Of a DNA stretch of 64,000 bases, positions 49,304 to 55,507 are shown piece after piece. A program made the position numbers and the translations under genes. The DNA lies in contig DIRJ01000052.1 of NCBI GenBank assembly GCA_002427505.1, forward strand, positions 3,230-67,229, given 5' to 3'. Within the stretch, counting starts at the first letter, position 1. Each line of letters starts with the position of its first letter. Source of the DNA: Mageeibacillus sp. UBA5439 (GTDB lineage Bacteria > Bacillota > Clostridia > Saccharofermentanales > DTU023). Under the pieces are notes generated by a model. It worked only from the letters and a program-made list of their open reading frames with translations. It was not told where the DNA came from and did no database searches.

Positions 49304-49978
49304 TTAAAGTTCACCTTTCGCTTGCAGGTAAGCTGTCATTAAAATAGCAATAATAGTCTTTCCATCACTGATTTGTCCAGACTTAACTTCCTCAACGGCT
49401 GCGAGCAGAGGCAATTTCTCTACAGTGAGAAACTCACCTTCATCCAGTTGCTGTTTGCCTTTGCTGAGTTTTGTCGCCAGATAAACAGAGATCAGCTCAT
49501 CGGTATAACCAGGTGACGGATAGAACTGCGTCAGCAACTGCCAGGAGTCGGCTATCAAGCCTGCTTCTTCCATCAACTCACGCCGGGCGCAGAGAAGCGG
49601 GCTTTCCTCATTTTCCAATTTCCCGGCCGGGACCTCACGCAAAGGAGACTGAGAGCCAACCCGGTACTGTCTGACCAGGTAGATATCCTGCTCATCATCC
49701 AGAGCCAGCACACAGGCACCGCCGGGATGATGTACAATTTCACGTCTGGACCTGCGGCCGTCAGGCAGCTGTACTTCAGTTGCCTCCACAGTAAAAATCC
49801 TGCCAATAAAGCGTAAATCAGAAGAAATAGTTTCTTCATGCAGGTAAGCCATCTTGTTGCGCTCCGTCTGCGCATACTCTGCTTGCTCCACTGCGGTTCC
49901 GGGCTGATCGGTCATATCCTGATCAAATACGCTGGGTTTTCTCAACAGTGGCTTATCATTTGTCTGATCCAGATCCAT
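49304..49978 (-). CDS. NUDIX hydrolase (ADP-ribose pyrophosphatase-like) with about 45-aa N-terminal extension
   Basis: Nudix box GKLENEESPLLCARRELMEEAG. ATG at 49978 after GAGGAG. Confidence 0.85.
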   Translation of the reverse strand: MDLDQTNDKPLLRKPSVFDQDMTDQPGTAVEQAEYAQTERNKMAYLHEETISSDLRFIGRIFTVEATEVQLPDGRRSRREIVHHPGGACVLALDDEQDIYLVRQYRVGSQSPLREVPAGKLENEESPLLCARRELMEEAGLIADSWQLLTQFYPSPGYTDELISVYLATKLSKGKQQLDEGEFLTVEKLPLLAAVEEVKSGQISDGKTIIAILMTAYLQAKGEL

Positions 49979-49995
49979 ACTTCTCCTCTTCAAGC

Positions 49996-50484
49996 TTAAA
50001 GATTCCTCTTAATTGCATTTACTGCCAGCTGGTCTACACGATTATTCATCTCATGGTCGGAATGACCCTTGACCTTGATCCAGCTGATCCGGTGCCTGTC
50101 ATTTTCCTTCAGCAGTTCTTTCCACAGGTCGATATTACTTACTGCAGTGCCGGCTGCATTCTTCCAGGACTTGCGCTGCCAGTTAGCCAGCCAGTTTTCA
50201 TTAAAGGCGGATACCAGGTAGGCACTGTCACTATATAGTCTTACCCGGCAGGGACGGTTTAAGGCCCGCAGACCCATCAGGGCTGCAGTCAGCTCCATAC
50301 GGTTGTTCGTCGTATGTTCTTCAAAACCGGAAATCTCTTTCTCTGCTCCCCCGAAACGCAGTATGGCAGCCCAGCCTCCGGGACCCGGATTACCTGAGCA
50401 TGCCCCGTCGGTATATATCTCAACAGCTGATAATTTATTTTCTGATCTAACTTGCTCTTCACTTGCCATGTCGCTATTATACAT
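49996..50484 (-). CDS. rnhA: Ribonuclease HI
   Basis: EIYTDGACSGNPGPGGW...TNNRMEL...DS.Y...W..V.GH catalytic DEDD context. Start at ATG 50484 or 50469 (no clear RBS). The longer track ORF runs antisense through tRNA-Trp and is rejected. Confidence 0.88.
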   Translation of the reverse strand: MYNSDMASEEQVRSENKLSAVEIYTDGACSGNPGPGGWAAILRFGGAEKEISGFEEHTTNNRMELTAALMGLRALNRPCRVRLYSDSAYLVSAFNENWLANWQRKSWKNAAGTAVSNIDLWKELLKENDRHRISWIKVKGHSDHEMNNRVDQLAVNAIKRNL

Positions 50485-50492
50485 GATATGAT
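50463..50492 (+). promoter_or_regulatory. Possible tRNA-Trp promoter TTGCCA-18-TATGAT
   Basis: Hexamers at 50463-50468 and 50487-50492, about 30 nt upstream of the mature tRNA 5' end. Overlaps the rnhA start region on the other strand. Confidence 0.35.
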
Positions 50493-50522
50493 CTTCGCGT
50501 TGGCATTTTGATTTTACTACAC

Positions 50523-50597
50523 AGGGGAGTGGCTCAACGGTAGAGCAACGGTCTCCAAAACCGTAGGTTGCGGGTTCAAATCCTGTCTCCCCTGCCA
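50523..50597 (+). tRNA. trnW: tRNA-Trp (anticodon CCA), CCA end encoded
   Basis: Cloverleaf read by hand. Acceptor AGGGGAG/CTCCCCT. Anticodon stem ACGGT/ACCGT with loop CT-CCA-AA. T-loop TTCAAAT. 3' GCCA. Confidence 0.9.
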
Positions 50598-50600
50598 CAA

Positions 50601-50640
50601 GAAAGCCTCGAGGTTTTTGCTTCGCAGGCTTTTCTTCTCA
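50601..50640 (+). terminator. Terminator-like hairpin after tRNA-Trp
   Basis: GAAAGCCTCGAGG-TTTTTG-CTTCGCAGGCTTTTC (imperfect, about 13 bp) followed by TTCTC. Confidence 0.55.
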
Positions 50641-50678
50641 AAAAGCTGATGTCGTGCTTAGCTAAGTCCGTCTGACCC

Positions 50679-50707
50679 TTGACACTTTGTCGGGAGACAG
50701 GTAAAAT
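50679..50707 (+). promoter_or_regulatory. tRNA-Pro promoter TTGACA-17-TAAAAT
   Basis: Consensus -35 (50679-50684), 17-nt spacer, -10 (50702-50707). The tRNA starts 12 nt downstream. Confidence 0.75.
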
Positions 50708-50718
50708 CGATTAGGCTT

Positions 50719-50795
50719 CGGGGTGTAGCTCAGGTGGCTAGAGTGCTTGCTTGGGGTGCAAGAGGTCGCAAGTTCAAGTCTTGTCACTCCGACCA
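50719..50795 (+). tRNA. trnP: tRNA-Pro (anticodon GGG), CCA end encoded
   Basis: Acceptor CGGGGTG/CACTCCG (one G-U pair). Anticodon stem CTTGC/GCAAG with loop TT-GGG-GT (G37). T-loop TTCAAGT. 3' ACCA. Confidence 0.9.
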
Positions 50796-50798
50796 AAG

Positions 50799-50831
50799 AG
50801 AGTCTGTTTAATCAAGAGCAGACTCTTTTTT
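50799..50831 (+). terminator. Intrinsic terminator after tRNA-Pro
   Basis: AGAGTCTG-12 nt loop-CAGACTCT followed by TTTTT. Confidence 0.75.
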
Positions 50832-50835
50832 ATAT

Positions 50836-50868
50836 AAAAAAAGCCCGCTCAGAATTATGAACGGGCTT
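50836..50868 (-). terminator. Intrinsic terminator after pnp
   Basis: Minus strand AAGCCCG-14 nt loop-CGGGCTT followed by TTTTTTTA, 25 nt after the pnp stop. Confidence 0.75.
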
Positions 50869-50892
50869 CTCTTCAGCTTAGATTATCTGGAT

Positions 50893-53223
50893 TTAAAATT
50901 GGCGCGTATTGCGATCAGCTTTGCTGATGTTGTCCTGCGGACGTTGACGGTTCTGACGGAATCCACCGCCGGAGCTGTCTCTGTCCGAAGCACGGGAGCG
51001 GTCACCGCGATCACGATCAGATCTGCCGCGTGAGCGATTATCTCTGTCACTGCGTGAACGGTCAGTCCGGCGGCTGCTGCTGCTTCCGCTGCGGCTGGGC
51101 TGCTGCTCAGTGTAGCCTTCAGGTTTTTCACTGGGATCGCGCATGGAGAGGTTCAACCGGCCCTGGTCATCGACTTCCAGCACTGTAATCTGAACTTTAT
51201 CTCCGACACTGACAGCATCTTCAACCTTCTCAGTACGTCCCCAGGACATCTTGGAAATATGTACCAGACCTTCTTTGCCCGGAACGATCTCCACAAAGGC
51301 GCCGAAGTTCATCAGACGGGTTACTGTACCGGTAAATGTTGTGCCGGGTTCAGGATCATAGGCAATAGTTCTCACAATTTTCATAGCTTCCGCTGCTGAT
51401 TCCTGATCAGTTGCAGCAATGTAAACGTGTCCGACCGGACCATCTTCTTCAACATCAATCTCGGTTCCGGTTTCTTCTGTTATGCGGCGAATTGTTTTTC
51501 CGCCGGAACCGATGATTTCTCTGATCTTGTCACTGGGAATATCAATTTGATCAATCTTCGGTGCCAAAGCAGCCAGGTAATCACGAGCTTCAGAAATGAC
51601 CGGATTCATGGTGTCATTAATGATCTGCAGACGTGCCTTTCGTGTCCTTTCAAGAGCATCACGGATAATATCCATGGTTAATCCATCAATTTTCATGTCA
51701 ACCTGAATAGCGGTAATACCATCTTCAGTACCGGCCACTTTGAAGTCCATGTCGCCGAAGAAGTCCTCAATACCCTGGATATCTACGAAGGTGATGTAGT
51801 CACTGTCATCATCAGGATTGCTCATTAAGCCGCAGGTAATACCGGCGACTGGTTTTTTAATCGGAACCCCGGCAGCCATCAGGGCCAGACTGCTGCTGCA
51901 GACTGAAGCCTGCGAAGTAGATCCGTTGGACATCGTAACTTCCGAGACGCAGCGGATGGAATATGGGAAATCCTCTTCACTGGGCATGACAGGATTTAAT
52001 GCTGATTCAGCCAGATGCCCGTGACCGATCTCCCGACGACCTGCTGAGCGGCCTCCGCGGGCTTCACCGACACTGTATGCCGGGAAATTGTAATGGTGCA
52101 TGTAACGTCTGCGTTCTTCAGGATTAACTCCGTCGAAGCGCTGGCTGTCAGCCAGAGTGCCCAGGGTCACGACAGACAATACCTGAGTCTGACCGCGCGA
52201 AAAGAGCGAAGAACCGTGGACGCGCGGGATCAGGTCGATCTTTGCTGTAAGCTTACGGATTTCATCCAAAGCTCTGCCGTCGACGCGGCGCTGATTGTGT
52301 GTCAGATGGTAACGGACAACAGCTTTTTCGACTGCGTCTGCGAGCTCAGTGGCAAATCCGACCAGCTCCGGATCTTTTTCTTCCAGATATTGACTGATTG
52401 CTTTCGATACTTCAGCTACTGCCGCATCACGCTGGGCCTTGTCAGGATTCAGCACGACTTCACTCATCTGACCAAAGAATTTGTCTGTGATTTCATTTTG
52501 GAGCTCTTGCGGAGCAGCGGCAGAGTCGTATTCGAAAGTTTCCTTGCCGATTTCATCTCGCATCTGCTGAAGTAACTGACAGATTTTCTTGATTTCCTTG
52601 TGACCGGCTTCGATTGCTGCCAACATCACATCTTCGGGAACCTCGTCAGCTGCAGCTTCTATCATCATGATTTTCTCACTGGTTCCGGCTACGTAGAGAT
52701 CCAATTCAGAATCACAATAGTCGTCATAAGACGGATTAACAATGATCTCACCATCGATCAGTCCTACCTGAGCTGCTGCAACGGGCCCCTTCCAGGGAAT
52801 ATCAGAAATAGCCAGAGCAGCTGATGTGCCGATGAGGGCAGCTACTTTGGGAGAAAAATCATAATCAACCGAAAGCAAGAGATTGCTGACGACAACGTCT
52901 CTTCTCAGATCTTCAGGAAAGAGAGGCCGAATAGTACGGTCAATCGCACGGCCATTCAGGATGGCACTTTCCGTCGGGCGTCCTTCACGCTTAAAGAATC
53001 CCCCCGGAATTCTGCCGACACTATACATTTTTTCTTCATAATCTACTGTCAGCGGGAAGAAATCCATTCCGGGACGCTCACTTGCTGAAGCTGTGGCTGT
53101 CGAAAGAATCGTGGTCTCCCCAAATTTTACCAGAACGGAGCCGTTTGCAAATTGCGCCAACTCACCTGTTTCCAGTACCAGCTGTTTTCCATTAATGTCC
53201 ATTTCGTATCTTTTTGTAATCAT
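50893..53223 (-). CDS. pnp: Polyribonucleotide nucleotidyltransferase (PNPase) with 81-aa Arg/Ser/Asp-rich C-terminal tail
   Basis: Two RNase PH domains, then KH (GSGGKTIRRI) and S1 (GTVTRLMNFGAFVEI), then a low-complexity tail. RBS AGGAGG. Confidence 0.97.
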   Translation of the reverse strand: MITKRYEMDINGKQLVLETGELAQFANGSVLVKFGETTILSTATASASERPGMDFFPLTVDYEEKMYSVGRIPGGFFKREGRPTESAILNGRAIDRTIRPLFPEDLRRDVVVSNLLLSVDYDFSPKVAALIGTSAALAISDIPWKGPVAAAQVGLIDGEIIVNPSYDDYCDSELDLYVAGTSEKIMMIEAAADEVPEDVMLAAIEAGHKEIKKICQLLQQMRDEIGKETFEYDSAAAPQELQNEITDKFFGQMSEVVLNPDKAQRDAAVAEVSKAISQYLEEKDPELVGFATELADAVEKAVVRYHLTHNQRRVDGRALDEIRKLTAKIDLIPRVHGSSLFSRGQTQVLSVVTLGTLADSQRFDGVNPEERRRYMHHYNFPAYSVGEARGGRSAGRREIGHGHLAESALNPVMPSEEDFPYSIRCVSEVTMSNGSTSQASVCSSSLALMAAGVPIKKPVAGITCGLMSNPDDDSDYITFVDIQGIEDFFGDMDFKVAGTEDGITAIQVDMKIDGLTMDIIRDALERTRKARLQIINDTMNPVISEARDYLAALAPKIDQIDIPSDKIREIIGSGGKTIRRITEETGTEIDVEEDGPVGHVYIAATDQESAAEAMKIVRTIAYDPEPGTTFTGTVTRLMNFGAFVEIVPGKEGLVHISKMSWGRTEKVEDAVSVGDKVQITVLEVDDQGRLNLSMRDPSEKPEGYTEQQPSRSGSSSSRRTDRSRSDRDNRSRGRSDRDRGDRSRASDRDSSGGGFRQNRQRPQDNISKADRNTRQF

Positions 53224-53432
53224 CGTTTCATTAACCTCCTGTTAAATGCAAAACGCTTCAAATGTTAAATACACAAAAGCAGAGGCAAGATTTTTGCCAT
53301 GCAAGTATTTTTCCAGTGTATTCAAACGTGTGGGAATCAGCCAACAGACGGTAGAGAGTAGAGTCCGCCACCCTTTTCTCAAAAAGAGAAACGCAATCTA
53401 CGTTCCACAGTCTGCCACTTAGTATCTCTTGA

Positions 53433-53462
53433 CACAAAAGGCGGCAATCAAGTGATTGCCGC
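53433..53462 (-). terminator. rpsO terminator/attenuator hairpin ahead of the pnp leader
   Basis: Minus strand GCGGCAAT-CACTTG-ATTGCCGC followed by CTTTTGTG, 12 nt after the rpsO stop. Confidence 0.65.
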
Positions 53463-53473
53463 TGCTGATTCGT

Positions 53474-53737
53474 TTACCTTCTTAAGTTCAGTCTGCTGAT
53501 CAAGCTACGATAGCGCTCGACATCTTTTTTCATCAGATAATCAAGCAAAGCGCGCCTTTTACCAACCATTTTCAACAGACCCTGCCGCGAATGGTTGTCC
53601 TTCTTGTGTACCTTCAAGTGTTCTGTCAGCTCGTTGATACGTGTAGTCAGAAGCGCTATTTGAACTTCAGGTGAACCTGTGTCACCGAATCCGGTGGCAT
53701 ACTCATCAATAATACTTTGTTTAGTTACTTTGTCCAT
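53474..53737 (-). CDS. rpsO: 30S ribosomal protein S15
   Basis: [46 protein letters not shown]. Confidence 0.97.
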   Translation of the reverse strand: MDKVTKQSIIDEYATGFGDTGSPEVQIALLTTRINELTEHLKVHKKDNHSRQGLLKMVGKRRALLDYLMKKDVERYRSLISRLNLRR

Positions 53738-53861
53738 TTTTCCTCCTTGACTCCAGATTCGGCGTAACGGTCGGACGATCCGGAAACGACGAACCGGTCA
53801 TAACGTAGCAATGTTACCACAAAACAGAATAATTGGCAAAAGGGCGAAAGGGACTGCCGGC

Positions 53862-55289
53862 TTAAGCCTTTTCTGCTAAAACGAGCTGGCGGAAGATGTT
53901 TCCTCTTTCCTCAAAATGACGAAAATGATCGAAGCTGGTTCCTGCAGGAGATAAGACAACCGCATCTCCCGGAACCGACAATTCCCGTGCAGAAGCAATC
54001 GCCTCCCCGTAGCTGTCACAATGCCTGATTTCAAGTTCTGCCAGCTCTTCAGCACCGGCAGCTGCCAGGATGGAAGCCTCGATCAGAGGAGCATTGGCGC
54101 CAACAAAGACTATACGGGACGTACTCTTAACAATAGCTTGACCCAGTTTCTCATAGTTTGAATTCTTATCCTTGCCGCCGGCGATAAGAACAATATCTCT
54201 GCCCTGCTCACGCAAGGCTTCCAGTGTTTTGAGCGTCCGGTCGGGGCTGGTGTCGATAGAACTATTATACCAGTCGGCTCCGTCAAGCCGGCGGATCCAT
54301 TCCAGGCGGTGTTGGACACCTCTGAAACTTTTTGCTACCTGCTGCATGTCCTCAAAGCCTGCACTGTCCAGCGTTGCCAGAACCGCAGCCTGAATGTTAT
54401 CCAGGTTAAAACGCCCGGGCAATAAAACCTCGTCACGCGCCAGAAGGGCAATTTCCAGATCGTCAGCACAGGTCTTCAATTCTATGAACTTGTTATCAAG
54501 CCAGCTGTGAGCAGCTTCACTTTTATCACAATTAAAAAAACGGACTCGAGCTTTGCTTTCTCCTGCCCAGCTGCTCGATTCGGCATTAGCGGCATTAAGA
54601 ACTAGAATATCGGACTCGCTTTGCAGGCGAAATATATTTTTCTTGGCCGCGCAATATTCGGCATAATCCAGATGGTAATTCAGATGATTGGGAGCAACAT
54701 TAGTGACGACAGCGGTATGAATCTTTGCCTCCATATCCATAAGCTGAAAGCTGGACAGCTCCACCACCACCTGGTCGCCGCTCCTGATATTTTCGATCTG
54801 ATCCAGCAAGGGGGTGCCAATGTTGCCGCCGATATAGACCTTATGGCCGGCCTGCCTGAGCATCAGACTGATTAAAGTTGTAGTTGTAGTCTTGCCATCA
54901 CTTCCCGTGACAGCCGTTACAGGTGCGGGACACAGTTGCAGAAAAAGTTCCATCTCTGACGTAACCCGTGCTCCCCTTGCCCGTTCTGCGACTAACTGAG
55001 GGATGTCCGGACGTATGAAGGGTGTGCGGAAAATCAGATCGAAATCTATTAAAGTATCCAGATAAGCAGGTCCCAGAGACCAGTTCAGCTCGAGCCCTTC
55101 AGCTGCGAAATCATTGATGGTTTTTCTTAGAACGTCATCTTCTTCCGTCAGACGATCAAAGACATGAATTTCTTCCGTTAAGGGATATAACCAGCGGATC
55201 AGCGGACGGTTACTGATGCCTGCCCCCAGAACCGCAACTTTTTTATTCTTCACATAGCTTTTGAATTCAGCTAGTAATTGATTCGACAT
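53862..55289 (-). CDS. murD: UDP-N-acetylmuramoylalanine--D-glutamate ligase MurD
   Basis: N-terminal Rossmann motif VLGAGISN. Mur ligase P-loop VTGSDGKTTTT. Length 475 aa. Confidence 0.9.
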   Translation of the reverse strand: MSNQLLAEFKSYVKNKKVAVLGAGISNRPLIRWLYPLTEEIHVFDRLTEEDDVLRKTINDFAAEGLELNWSLGPAYLDTLIDFDLIFRTPFIRPDIPQLVAERARGARVTSEMELFLQLCPAPVTAVTGSDGKTTTTTLISLMLRQAGHKVYIGGNIGTPLLDQIENIRSGDQVVVELSSFQLMDMEAKIHTAVVTNVAPNHLNYHLDYAEYCAAKKNIFRLQSESDILVLNAANAESSSWAGESKARVRFFNCDKSEAAHSWLDNKFIELKTCADDLEIALLARDEVLLPGRFNLDNIQAAVLATLDSAGFEDMQQVAKSFRGVQHRLEWIRRLDGADWYNSSIDTSPDRTLKTLEALREQGRDIVLIAGGKDKNSNYEKLGQAIVKSTSRIVFVGANAPLIEASILAAAGAEELAELEIRHCDSYGEAIASARELSVPGDAVVLSPAGTSFDHFRHFEERGNIFRQLVLAEKA

Positions 55290-55324
55290 TCGTTCCCTGC
55301 TTTCATATATTTATTAATTTACGC

Positions 55325-55353
55325 TTGCAATCTTAGCACCATTCGGCTATGAT
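55325..55353 (+). promoter_or_regulatory. tRNA-Leu promoter TTGCAA-17-TATGAT
   Basis: Hexamers at 55325-55330 and 55348-55353. The tRNA starts 14 nt downstream. Confidence 0.65.
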
Positions 55354-55366
55354 TAACAACGTTCAC

Positions 55367-55453
55367 GCGGAAGTGGCGGAATTGGCAGACGCGCTAGCTT
55401 CAGGTGCTAGTGATCAATAGATCGTGCAGGTTCAAGTCCTGTTTTCCGCACCA
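55367..55453 (+). tRNA. trnL: tRNA-Leu (anticodon CAG), class II long variable arm, CCA encoded
   Basis: Acceptor GCGGAAG/TTTCCGC. Anticodon stem CTAGC/GCTAG with loop TT-CAG-GT. Variable arm TGATCAATAGATCG. T-loop TTCAAGT. 3' ACCA. Confidence 0.9.
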
Positions 55454-55456
55454 CAG

Positions 55457-55485
55457 GCCCGTAATAGTGATATTACGGGCTTTTT
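55457..55485 (+). terminator. Intrinsic terminator after tRNA-Leu
   Basis: GCCCGTAATA-GTGA-TATTACGGGC followed by TTTTT. Ends 22 nt before the helicase ATG. Confidence 0.85.
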
Positions 55486-55507
55486 AGCAGCTAGGACTTC
55501 TCCGCTC

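Noticed and set aside
49996-50598. Long track ORF (200 aa) extending the RNase HI gene upstream, and similarly the 55424 GTG start of the helicase ORF.
   Set aside because: The extensions run through the tRNA-Trp gene (antisense) and the tRNA-Leu gene plus its terminator (sense). The extra residues (MAGETGFEPATYGF..., MQVQVLFSAPQ...) are translated tRNA sequence. The true starts are downstream.
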